Shown: one piece after another, positions 32,732 through 40,953 of the stretch | Position numbering within the stretch: position 1 is the stretch's first letter | How the letters are laid out: each line of letters begins with the position of its first letter | Assembly (NCBI GenBank): GCA_027491155.1 | Contig: JAIXWR010000023.1 | Coordinates: 74,610 to 138,609 of the forward strand | Length of the DNA stretch: 64,000 nt | Direction of reading: 5' to 3' | Origin: Verrucomicrobiaceae bacterium | Lineage (GTDB): Bacteria > Verrucomicrobiota > Verrucomicrobiia > Verrucomicrobiales > Akkermansiaceae | Notes under the pieces: generated by a model | The model's database searches: none | What the model was told of the DNA's origin: nothing | The model's input: only the letters and a program-made list of their open reading frames with translations | Translations under genes and position numbers: made by a program

Positions 32732-33676
32732 ATGATGGAACGCATCTGCTCCCGCTTCTCCGCCGCCTTTCCGCTGTGGATCGTCCTCGGCTGTGCCTGG
32801 GCCTGGTGGCGGCCGGCGGACTGGACCTGGTTCGCGAAATGGATCGAGCCGGGGCTCGGGCTGATCATGCTCGGCATGGGGCTGACGCTGCGGGTGGCGG
32901 ATTTCGTGGAGATCGGAAAGCGGCCCGGCGCGGTGGCGGCGGGCGTGGTCGCGCAGTTCGTGATCATGCCGGCGAGCGGCTGGGCGATCGCCCGCGGCTT
33001 CAACCTGGAGCCGGGGCTGGCGTTGGGACTGATCCTCGTCGCCTGCTGTCCCGGCGGCACGGCATCGAACGTGATCTGTTATCTCGCGAAGGCGAATGTC
33101 GCGCTGAGCGTGCTGATGACGATGTGCTCGACCTTCGTGGCGATCGGCCTGACGCCGCTGCTGACGAAGTGGCTGGCGGGGAAATACCTGCCGATCGACG
33201 CGATGGCATTGTTCAAGTCGATGCTGCTGGTGGTGCTGCTGCCCCTGGTGCTGGGCATTGCGGTGAACTCGGTCGTGGGCCGGCTGAAGAAGCCCGGGAA
33301 AGTCCGGCGCGCGGTGGATCTGTTAGGCCCGGTGCTGAGCGTGTTCGTGATCGTGCTGATCGTCGGCTGCATCTTCGCCTTGAAGAAGGCGGAGATCGCG
33401 GCGGCTGCGGGACCCTTGTTCCTTTCGGTCTTCCTGCTCCACGCCTCGGGCTTCTTCTTCGGTTATGTCGCGATGTGGCTGGCGGGGAAGGACGAGGCGA
33501 TGCGGCGGACGGTATCGATCGAAGTGGGCATGCAGAACAGCGGCCTCGGCAGCGCGCTGGCGACGAAGCATTTCGCGGAGTATGCGCTGGCCCCGGTGCC
33601 GTCGGCGATCTCGGCGGTTTTCCATTGCCTCATCGGCAGCCTGCTCGCGGCGTGGTGGCGGCGAAGTTCCAAGTGA
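32732..33676 (+). CDS. Bile acid:sodium symporter (BASS) family transporter
   Basis: Multi-TM, with GLILVACCPGGTASNV and the IEVGMQNSGLG motifs typical of the family. The start is at MMERIC. Confidence 0.85.
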   Translation: MMERICSRFSAAFPLWIVLGCAWAWWRPADWTWFAKWIEPGLGLIMLGMGLTLRVADFVEIGKRPGAVAAGVVAQFVIMPASGWAIARGFNLEPGLALGLILVACCPGGTASNVICYLAKANVALSVLMTMCSTFVAIGLTPLLTKWLAGKYLPIDAMALFKSMLLVVLLPLVLGIAVNSVVGRLKKPGKVRRAVDLLGPVLSVFVIVLIVGCIFALKKAEIAAAAGPLFLSVFLLHASGFFFGYVAMWLAGKDEAMRRTVSIEVGMQNSGLGSALATKHFAEYALAPVPSAISAVFHCLIGSLLAAWWRRSSK

Positions 33677-33683
33677 CGAAATG

Positions 33684-33704
33684 CCAAGTTCCAAGTGCCA
33701 AGGG
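33684..33704. repeat. Tandem heptamer triplet CCAAGTT CCAAGTG CCAAGGG
   Basis: The triplet starts 8 nt after the transporter stop codon. GTTCCAAGTG also occurs at 33667-33676, overlapping that stop. Confidence 0.6.
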
Positions 33705-33720
33705 TGGAGGTGAAGGCATG

Positions 33721-33753
33721 AAAAAGCCCGGCTTCCTTGGAGAAAGCCGGGCC
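33721..33753 (-). terminator. Intrinsic terminator for ndk
   Basis: GCCCGGCTT (33726-33734) pairs with AAGCCGGGC (33745-33753). On the minus strand it is followed by TTTTT (plus-strand AAAAA at 33721-33725). Confidence 0.6.
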
Positions 33754-33776
33754 TAGAAATGGGATCGCAATCGCGC

Positions 33777-34208
33777 TCAGATGACCTCGCCGTCCTTGAA
33801 GAAGCGCTTGATTTCGGCGGCGGCGGCTTCCGGGCTGTCGGAGGCGTGGCAGACGTTGCGCATCTTCGCGTCGCCTTCCTTGTCGCCGAAATCGCCGCGG
33901 ATGGTGCCGGGTGCCGCGGCCTTCGAGTCGGTGGGGCCGAGCAGGTCGCGGACGCGGGAGATCACGTCTTCGCCTTCGAGGGCGAGGGCGACCACCGGGG
34001 TTTCCTGCATGAACTCGCGGACGGAGGGGAAGAAGGGCTTGTCGGCGATGTGCGAGTAGTGGTCGGCCAGCAGCTCGTCGGTCAGGAAAAGCAACTTCAT
34101 GCCGCGGATCTTGAAGCCTTCGTGCTCGAAGCGGGAAAGCACGGTGCCGACGAGGCGCTTGGCCACGGCGTCGGGCTTGAACAGGATGAGGGTGGTCTCG
34201 AGAGCCAT
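33777..34208 (-). CDS. ndk: Nucleoside diphosphate kinase
   Basis: 143 aa: MALETTLILFKPDAV...GTIRGDFG...NVCHASDS. The catalytic His context is present, reading HASD rather than the usual HGSD. Confidence 0.9.
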   Translation of the reverse strand: MALETTLILFKPDAVAKRLVGTVLSRFEHEGFKIRGMKLLFLTDELLADHYSHIADKPFFPSVREFMQETPVVALALEGEDVISRVRDLLGPTDSKAAAPGTIRGDFGDKEGDAKMRNVCHASDSPEAAAAEIKRFFKDGEVI

Positions 34209-34413
34209 GCGCCGGAGGTAGGCGGCGGCTGCATGGCTGGCAAGCCTTTTGCGGTGGCCGCGGTCGTGCGGCGGCCACACGGGAAAATCCGGAAAAGATC
34301 TCCAAGGAAGTGGAGTCTCATCCGACTTGCTCTTTGAACCTTCCGCTGCCGCCGGGTTTCCCGTTGGATGTCCGGGAGCGGGGTTCCCCATCAACGACAA
34401 CCTGATCCAACCG

Positions 34414-35091
34414 ATGAAATTCCTGACCATTCCCCTGTTCGCGCTGCTCGGACTCGCCACCGCCCCGGGCCAGACGGTTCCGAAGCCTGGCACCATCTCG
34501 CCGGTCCTTTTCGAATCGACCATCACCACGCAAAACGCCCCGGCGGTGGTGAACCTGCCGGGCGGCGGAGGCACGCGCTCCACCCTGACGACCAGCGCGG
34601 TGCGTTACATCAACCGCGACATCCTCGAGGCCATGCGGATCGCCAGCCTGCTGGACGGCACGCTGACCGGCTGGACCTTGAGCCGCCTGGCGAATCCCGC
34701 CGGGGTCGGCAACCTGTATGCCACCAAGGCCGGCAAGGCGGCCGTGGCAGTGCCGGCGAACCTGCTGACGCAGCCGGTCGTGGAAGGCTCCGCGAGCACC
34801 GGATCCATCGTGACGCCGACCACCGGCACGCCCAAGCCCAACGTCTCGCGCCGTGCCTACGTCACCTTGAACATCCGCAACGGCGCCAGCTCGGGCTTCG
34901 GGATCCAGACGCTGAAATGGTCGACCTTCCGCAGCGGCACGACCAACACCGTCGTGACCCTCCAGACCGACAACTTCAACGTGAACGGCAAGAGCGGCAC
35001 CGGCACCGGGATCATCGCGGGTTCCTATCGCACCCAGGCGCCGAAGCCGGCCGATCTCGCGCCGCTGCTTCCCGGCACGGCGGTTCCCTGA
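34414..35091 (+). CDS. Exported Thr/Gly-rich hypothetical protein
   Basis: Signal peptide MKFLTIPLFALLGLATAPGQ. 225 aa. I recognise no family. Confidence 0.5.
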   Translation: MKFLTIPLFALLGLATAPGQTVPKPGTISPVLFESTITTQNAPAVVNLPGGGGTRSTLTTSAVRYINRDILEAMRIASLLDGTLTGWTLSRLANPAGVGNLYATKAGKAAVAVPANLLTQPVVEGSASTGSIVTPTTGTPKPNVSRRAYVTLNIRNGASSGFGIQTLKWSTFRSGTTNTVVTLQTDNFNVNGKSGTGTGIIAGSYRTQAPKPADLAPLLPGTAVP

Positions 35092-35100
35092 TCTCCCGTG

Positions 35101-35129
35101 GTGCCCCGCCGCCCAGGGTGGCGGGGCAC
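35101..35129 (+). terminator. Terminator-like GC hairpin
   Basis: GTGCCCCGCC / GGCGGGGCAC, a 10-bp stem with a 9-nt loop, 10 nt after the stop at 35091. There is no U-tract. Confidence 0.4.
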
Positions 35130-35151
35130 GATCCGCCGGATCTGATTCCCC

Positions 35152-35643
35152 ATGAAACACGCTTTCACGGCAGCCGCTTTCGCCGCCCTGGCATTGGCCG
35201 GGGCGTTGGTGTTCTGGCCGGAGGACGCGGCCCCCGCGGCGGCGGGGAAGGCCGCTTCCGCCAAGGTTCCTGCGGGCTCGGCGGTTCCCGCAAAGACCGC
35301 GTCGCCGCGGGATCCGCTGCCCTCCGCCGCCGACCCCGTGCGACGGGAGCAAGCCGCGGCGGACATCCAGGGGGCGGTGCTGACCTACCAGCCCGCCGGG
35401 GTTTCGGTCATCCGGCCCTACTTGCTCGATCCCGATCCGGCGATCCGCCGCGAGGCCCGCGACGGGATGGTCCAGCTCGGCGAGGCCGATGCGGTGCCCT
35501 GGCTGCGCGATGCGGCGAGCAAGCTGGAGGATCCGGCGGAAATCGCGGCGTTGCGGGAAGCGGCGGACTTGCTCGCGCTGCCGGCCTGGTCGGACTCGGA
35601 AGAAGCGCGCGAAGCGATCGAGGAGATCCGGCGGAACCGTTAG
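35152..35643 (+). CDS. Hypothetical exported protein, possibly HEAT-like repeats
   Basis: An N-terminal hydrophobic segment. LLDPDPAIRREARDGMVQLGEADAVPWL resembles a HEAT/PBS repeat. Confidence 0.45.
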   Translation: MKHAFTAAAFAALALAGALVFWPEDAAPAAAGKAASAKVPAGSAVPAKTASPRDPLPSAADPVRREQAAADIQGAVLTYQPAGVSVIRPYLLDPDPAIRREARDGMVQLGEADAVPWLRDAASKLEDPAEIAALREAADLLALPAWSDSEEAREAIEEIRRNR

Positions 35644-35781
35644 ATCCGGCCCTTGGGCCCTTGTTTTCCGGGCCTCGGGAGGGGCGCGCGGCAGCTTCCG
35701 TCATCACGTAATGGGAAAAAAGTAAAGGTTCCTGAATAGTGCCGGTGTCCAAACGATCCGCACACCACACACCTTCACCCG

Positions 35782-36474
35782 ATGACCGCTCAGGAAAAAA
35801 TCAACCAGTTGGCCACCGCCGCCCTTCGTTCCGCACCCCCGGCTCCCGTCGCTCCGAAGCCCGCCACCTACATGGCTCCTTTCGACAAGCCGAAGACCGT
35901 GGCCCTCGTTGAAGCCGCCGTCGCCACCGCCCCGGCCGAACCCGCCGCTGCCCCTGCCCCGGCACCCGCTCCGGCCCCTGCTTTCAAGGACGAGGCCGAT
36001 CCCGTGCTCCGCGCCCAGATCGAGGAGCGCGAGGGATTTCTCAAGAAGCGCCAGCAGCGCAAGAGCCTGGCGGTGACCTTCGGACTCCTCGCCCTCTTCG
36101 CCGCCGGCGGCACCTGGTGCTACACCTCGCCGAAAGCCCGCGCGGAAATCAGCGCGCTCGTCCCCGCCCTCCGCCAGACCGTCGACGACGTGAAGATGGT
36201 CGGCTCGATCACCAAGAAGTACGACGAACAGCTCGAGAAAATCGCCGTCCGCGGCGACCAGATCGCGGACGCCACCCGCGCGATGGGGATCGATCCCGAT
36301 TCCGTCTCGCCCGATGGCAATGCGGAGCTGGACGCCGAAATGGCCAAGATGATGGGCGAGGAAGGCCCGACCACCGGCCAGCGCGACAAGGCCCTGCAGG
36401 AGAAGTTCGGTTTCGTCGGCAAGCTCGCCGCGGACAAGGCCAAGCCCGCCACCCCGGACACCGCCACCCCGTGA
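35782..36474 (+). CDS. Hypothetical single-pass membrane protein
   Basis: 230 aa. There is an Ala/Pro-rich linker, one TM helix (LAVTFGLLALFAAGGTWCY) and a charged C-terminal domain. Confidence 0.5.
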   Translation: MTAQEKINQLATAALRSAPPAPVAPKPATYMAPFDKPKTVALVEAAVATAPAEPAAAPAPAPAPAPAFKDEADPVLRAQIEEREGFLKKRQQRKSLAVTFGLLALFAAGGTWCYTSPKARAEISALVPALRQTVDDVKMVGSITKKYDEQLEKIAVRGDQIADATRAMGIDPDSVSPDGNAELDAEMAKMMGEEGPTTGQRDKALQEKFGFVGKLAADKAKPATPDTATP

Positions 36475-36567
36475 CGCGTGCCGGCCCGGCGTTGCCCTCC
36501 GCGATGACGGAATGGTGCGCCGCACGGAATTCAGGAAAGATGCCGCAAACCTCAACCCGATCCGTTC

Positions 36568-36813
36568 ATGAGCATTCAGGAAAAGATCAACCAACTGGCT
36601 CTTGCCGCCTTGCGCTCCGCTCCCGTGATGAGCCGTCCCCAGCCGGCGACCTTCATGCCGCCCTTTGAGAAGCCGCGGCAACTGGCGATCGTGGAAGCCG
36701 GTGGCCCGCTCACCGATGCCCGCTACTGCGGCAGCTCCCGCATGGACCGCGAGCTCGCCCTTGCCGCCGCCACGTCCCGCTGGCCCTTCCACGCCCGCGA
36801 GGTTCGGATCTGA
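36568..36813 (+). CDS. Short paralog of the N-terminal module of 35782..36474
   Basis: 81 aa. MSIQEKINQLALAALRSAP matches MTAQEKINQLATAALRSAP in 16 of 19 positions. PATFMPPFEKPRQLAIVEA matches PATYMAPFDKPKTVALVEA in 12 of 19. Confidence 0.35.
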   Translation: MSIQEKINQLALAALRSAPVMSRPQPATFMPPFEKPRQLAIVEAGGPLTDARYCGSSRMDRELALAAATSRWPFHAREVRI

Positions 36814-36820
36814 TTCCGCT

Positions 36821-37222
36821 TCAGGCCCGGGGATCGACCTTGCGCCGCGCTTCCTCCAGCAGCGAGGGACGGCTTTCCAGCAGGTCGGCGATCGCCCGGA
36901 TGACCGCCAGCGTCGGCCGAGAGACATGGTGCTCCATGCCTTCGACATCGCGGTAGATCGTTTCCTCCTCGAGGCCGAAGAGGCGGAGGAAGCGGGTGAG
37001 CGTCTCGTGCCGCTCGATGATCGCGCGGGCGATCCGGTGGCCTTCCTCGGTCAGCACGGTGCCGCGGTATTTCTCGTGCTTCACCAGTCCCTCGCTGTCC
37101 AGCTTGCGCAGCATGTTCGTCACGCTGGCCTGGGAGATGCCGAGGTTCTTCGAAATGTCCACCGCGCGGGCATAGCCCTTGGCCTCGATCAGATGGAGGA
37201 TCTGCTCGAGGTAATCGTCCAT
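36821..37222 (-). CDS. mntR: DtxR/MntR family metal-dependent transcriptional repressor
   Basis: 133 aa: MDDYLEQILHLIEAKGYARAVDISKNLGISQASVTNMLRKL plus the metal-binding/dimerisation helix region. There is no SH3-like C-terminal domain, which is the MntR-type length. Confidence 0.8.
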   Translation of the reverse strand: MDDYLEQILHLIEAKGYARAVDISKNLGISQASVTNMLRKLDSEGLVKHEKYRGTVLTEEGHRIARAIIERHETLTRFLRLFGLEEETIYRDVEGMEHHVSRPTLAVIRAIADLLESRPSLLEEARRKVDPRA

Positions 37223-37322
37223 CGCGACGGAGCCGCTGGTGCGCTGGGATCGGGCGGGCACGCAGGGAGTCAAGACGGCACGCGGGAAGACTCAAGGAGG
37301 AAGAGGTATCTTCCGATTCCGC

Positions 37323-38039
37323 TCAATCCCGGATCCCGCGGTAGCGCCAGGGCTGGTAGCCGCGTTCGAGGAGGTAGTCCTTGGGGATCTGGGCGGCGTT
37401 GACGCGCCAGACGGGGAAGGGGCCGGCTTCGTAGACGTTGACGGCGCTGCCGGGGATGCCCCAGTTGGCGAAGATCAGGACGTGCTGGTGGTTGAGCAGG
37501 ATGTCGCCGGGCTTGAGATCGTCCCAGCTTGCGAGGCGGTCGCAGATGCCGGGGAGTTCCTTGGTCGAGTAGGGGCGGGGCAGTCGCCAGCAGCGGGAGA
37601 CGAAGCCGGAGCAGTCGATGCCGCAGGCGTGCTTGCTGGTGCCGGCATCGCCGAGGCGGCGCTTTTCGGCGGTGGAGATGTCGCCGGCGACTTCGCCGCG
37701 ATCGAGCGAGGCGAGGAACTGCTTCGGGGTATCGAAGCCGCCCCATTGATAGGCCATGCCGCGGGCGGTCTTGCCGGTCTGCCACCAGCCGTTGGAGAAG
37801 CCGTGGCTGGAGAGGGTGGCGTCGGGGGTGTGGACGGTGATGCCGTCGGGGTCCTTGCCGTGGAGGACGTGGCGGGCTTCGGGGTTCCACTCGAGGCGGC
37901 TGTAGGTGTAGGCGATCGCGATGGCTTCGGCGCGGCGCACGGTTTTCGCGGGGCCGGCGATCGAGAGGTCCTGGGAGGCGTCGGGCGCGCAGTGGCTGAG
38001 GAGCAGGGCGGCGGGGATGAGCAGAAATCGCGGGAGCAC
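37323..38039 (-). CDS. Exported NlpC/P60-like (C40) cysteine peptidase-fold protein
   Basis: A signal peptide, a catalytic-Cys context (GIDCSGFVSRCW) and a downstream His (NHQHVLIF). The start is GTG. Confidence 0.6.
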   Translation of the reverse strand: MLPRFLLIPAALLLSHCAPDASQDLSIAGPAKTVRRAEAIAIAYTYSRLEWNPEARHVLHGKDPDGITVHTPDATLSSHGFSNGWWQTGKTARGMAYQWGGFDTPKQFLASLDRGEVAGDISTAEKRRLGDAGTSKHACGIDCSGFVSRCWRLPRPYSTKELPGICDRLASWDDLKPGDILLNHQHVLIFANWGIPGSAVNVYEAGPFPVWRVNAAQIPKDYLLERGYQPWRYRGIRD

Positions 38040-38157
38040 GGGGAGGAGGAAGCGGAATGGGGGCAGGTTTGGGAATGCGGAAGTGGTGGGAGAACCAAAT
38101 GAATTGGGAGCGATCGCTTGCCCGAGCGAGTGGCCGGCTGCCGGGGTGGCTTCATTT

Positions 38158-38189
38158 ACAAAGTGCGGCGGTCATAGACAGCCGCTACA
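38158..38189. repeat. Intergenic repeat family A (CAAAGTGCGGCGGTCAT-N-GACA-N-GCCGCTACA)
   Basis: ACAAAGTGCGGCGGTCATAGACAGCCGCTACA, 10 nt upstream of the trmO ATG. Related copies lie at 41825-41860, 50004-50029 (inverted) and 50102-50165. Confidence 0.65.
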
Positions 38190-38198
38190 ATTCCGCCC

Positions 38199-38900
38199 AT
38201 GGAGATCCGGCCGGTGGGCATCGTGCGTTCGTGTTTCGGCGGGAAGTTCGCGGTGCCGCGGCAGCCGGGGCTTTGTCCGTCGGCCTGGGGCGAGCTGGTG
38301 TTCGGGCCGGAGTTCCGTCAGCCGGAAGCGCTGCGGGGGATCGAGGGCTTCTCGCATCTGTGGCTGATCTTCGGCTTTCATCTGACGGCGGACGCGGGCT
38401 GGCATCCGACGGTCCGGCCGCCGCGGCTGGGCGGGAACGAGCGGGTGGGGGTGTTCGCGAGTCGCTCGACCTTCCGGCCGAACGGGCTGGGGCTTTCGCT
38501 GGTGCGGCAGGAAGGGATCGAGGTGCGGGAGAAGGAGGGATCGGTGCTTCTGTTAGGCGGGGTCGATCTGGTCGATGGCACGCCGGTCTATGATGTGAAG
38601 CCGTATTTGCCCTATGCGGAATCCTTGCCGGACGCGGCGGGCGGCTTTGCGGCGGAGGAGCCGCGGCGGCTGGAGGTGGTGACGGCGGGGGTGGCGGGCT
38701 GGGAAACGCTGCCGGAGCGGTCGCGCCGGGTGATCGTGGAGGCCTTGTCGCTGGACCCGCGTCCGCCGGCGGGGCGGGAGGAGGCGGGGCGGATTCATGG
38801 GGCGGGGCTGTGCGGGATGGAAGTGAAGTTCCGGATGTCGGACGGCGTGTGCGAGGTGGTTTCGGTGGAGGTGGCGGAGGGTGCGGGGTTGGGAGAATGA
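38199..38900 (+). CDS. trmO: tRNA (N6-threonylcarbamoyladenosine(37)-N6)-methyltransferase TrmO (TsaA/YaeB family)
   Basis: IGIVRSCF...PRQPGL, FSHLWLIFGFH, RPNGLGLS and GTPVYDVKPYLPY motifs typical of the family. Confidence 0.85.
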   Translation: MEIRPVGIVRSCFGGKFAVPRQPGLCPSAWGELVFGPEFRQPEALRGIEGFSHLWLIFGFHLTADAGWHPTVRPPRLGGNERVGVFASRSTFRPNGLGLSLVRQEGIEVREKEGSVLLLGGVDLVDGTPVYDVKPYLPYAESLPDAAGGFAAEEPRRLEVVTAGVAGWETLPERSRRVIVEALSLDPRPPAGREEAGRIHGAGLCGMEVKFRMSDGVCEVVSVEVAEGAGLGE

Positions 38901-39035
38901 ACGAATCTACAGGCCGCGGAGGCGCGGAGGTGAACGCGGAGAATTCCATCCCGAGCGGACTGAAGTCCGCGGTCCAATACACGCCCGCTGGCTTCGGAGT
39001 TGAATGGTTAAGAAAGGTGAACTAGCGTCCGAGCC

Positions 39036-40469
39036 ATGAACGGGAAGCCCATCGCGCTGCTGTTGGCGGCTTGTGTCCTGGCCGGTTGCAAGGATCGACA
39101 GGAGTCGGCGCAGCAGGAACTGAAGGACCGCGGCTACGAATTGACTCCCGAGGCTTTTTTCCGGGCGGCGGAAAGCGACGACGTGGCGGTGCTGGGCAAG
39201 CTGGTGGAGCACGGGATCGCGGTGGACACGAGGAACGCGGCCGGCGACACGGCGCTGCATGCGGCGGCGGTGGCGGGGATGAGGAAGTCGGCGGACTTTC
39301 TGTTGGACCGCAAGCTGCCGGTCGATGTCACGGGCGCGGAAGGCCGGACGCCGCTGATGAGCGCGGTGGTATCGGGCCCGCCGGAGATGGTGCGCTACCT
39401 CCTTTCGCAGAAGGCGGATCCGCTGAAGAAGGACGCGGAGGGCATCAAGCCGCTGATGCTGGCGGTGCGCGAAGGTCGTGCGGAGATGGTGGCGGAACTG
39501 GCGCCGTATGACCGGGAGAAGCTCGACGATGCCCTGCTGGTCGCCGCGCTGGAGGGAAAGGCCGCGGTGATCGATGAACTGACGAACTACGGTGCCTCCG
39601 TGTATGCCCGGATGGACGACGGCCGGACGCCGCTGATGCTGGCGGCGGAGAACGGGCACGTGGAGGCGGTGGAGATGCTCATCGAGATCGGCGCGAACCG
39701 TTTTTCGATGGACGACGAAGGCCGGATCGCAGCGGACCTGGCCCGCGAGGCAGGGCACGAGCAACTGGCGATGCGGTTGGCGGAGGCTCCGGGCAGGGAC
39801 GAATTCGGGATCGAGGAGCCGGCGGACCTCGGCGCGGAAATGCTGGCGAAGGTGACGGAGGCGGAATCGGGCGGCGATGCTGCCGGCGAGCCTGCACGGT
39901 CCGGCGAGCCTGCCGCCGGTGGGGCCGGGGCGGTCCCGGCGGCGCCCGCGCCTCTGGACGGGATGGTGCTGGAACCGGTGTCGGAGGGGGACTTGCCGGC
40001 GAAGCAGCCGCTGGTGATGCGGGCTTACCGGCAGAAGGAACTTCCGCTGCGGGTGGAGTCGGTGGAGGGCGAAGTCGCGACGCTGCGGATGTCGAGCGGC
40101 GGGGTGAAGCAGGTGGCGCAAGGGGAGACGATTCCCGGCACGCCGCTGAAGGTCGTGCGGGTCGAGAGGCGGATGCGGGATTTGAAAGACCAGGGCGGGC
40201 AAACGGAGGTGTCGGTGGTCGAGGTGGAGGACGAGGACAGCGGGCGTCGTCGCGAACTGGTGTCGGGCCTGGAATCCACCGCGCACGACCCCGTGGCACT
40301 GGTCGAGGATGCCGGCGGAAAGCGCTACGTGGCCCGGGCGGGACAGAAGTTCCGCGGGGCGGATGGCAGCGAGTATGTCGTGGTGGATGTCCGGCCGAAC
40401 CAAATGGTGATTGAGAACCGGACCTCGGGTGAGGTAATAACGGTTCCGCTCCGCGGGCCGCGGGGCTGA
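39036..40469 (+). CDS. Ankyrin-repeat lipoprotein
   Basis: Lipobox LAGC. It has several ankyrin units (GDTALHAAAVAG, GRTPLMSAVVSG, GRTPLMLAAENGH). I recognise no family in the C-terminal half. Confidence 0.8.
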   Translation: MNGKPIALLLAACVLAGCKDRQESAQQELKDRGYELTPEAFFRAAESDDVAVLGKLVEHGIAVDTRNAAGDTALHAAAVAGMRKSADFLLDRKLPVDVTGAEGRTPLMSAVVSGPPEMVRYLLSQKADPLKKDAEGIKPLMLAVREGRAEMVAELAPYDREKLDDALLVAALEGKAAVIDELTNYGASVYARMDDGRTPLMLAAENGHVEAVEMLIEIGANRFSMDDEGRIAADLAREAGHEQLAMRLAEAPGRDEFGIEEPADLGAEMLAKVTEAESGGDAAGEPARSGEPAAGGAGAVPAAPAPLDGMVLEPVSEGDLPAKQPLVMRAYRQKELPLRVESVEGEVATLRMSSGGVKQVAQGETIPGTPLKVVRVERRMRDLKDQGGQTEVSVVEVEDEDSGRRRELVSGLESTAHDPVALVEDAGGKRYVARAGQKFRGADGSEYVVVDVRPNQMVIENRTSGEVITVPLRGPRG

Positions 40470-40484
40470 CTCCCCAATCCGAAC

Positions 40485-40940
40485 ATGGCTGCCAAGACCA
40501 TCGAGCCGGGCAATCCGGTGAAGCAATTTTCCGTGCTGCTGCCGAACCGTGCCGGCGCGCTGGCCTCGCTGGTGAAGCTGCTGAGGTCGTCGTCGATCGA
40601 GGTGGTGGGGATCAGCGTCCAGGATTCTCGGGATGCGACGATCGCCCGGCTGGTGGTGACCGATCCGGAGATGACGGAGCAGATTTTCGTCGAAAAGGGG
40701 ATCCCGCACACGACCTGCGACCTGGTGGTGATTTCCCTGCGCGAGTCCGGGCCGGAACTGCTGCCGGTGCTGGACACGCTGATGGTGGCGGAGACCAACA
40801 TCGACTTCGCCTACGCGCTAATGCCTTCGCCGAAAGGCCACACGCTGCTGGCGCTGCACGTGGAGGATTACGATTTCGCGAGCGGCGTGCTGAACCAGGC
40901 GGGGTTCAAGCTGGTGTATCAGGAGGGGCTGAGCCGGTAG
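40485..40940 (+). CDS. ACT domain-containing protein
   Basis: 151 aa with two ACT-like beta-alpha-beta-beta-alpha-beta units (QFSVLLPNRAGALASLVKLL...). Assigned by pattern only. Confidence 0.55.
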   Translation: MAAKTIEPGNPVKQFSVLLPNRAGALASLVKLLRSSSIEVVGISVQDSRDATIARLVVTDPEMTEQIFVEKGIPHTTCDLVVISLRESGPELLPVLDTLMVAETNIDFAYALMPSPKGHTLLALHVEDYDFASGVLNQAGFKLVYQEGLSR

Positions 40941-40953
40941 GCGGGCCGGGGGG

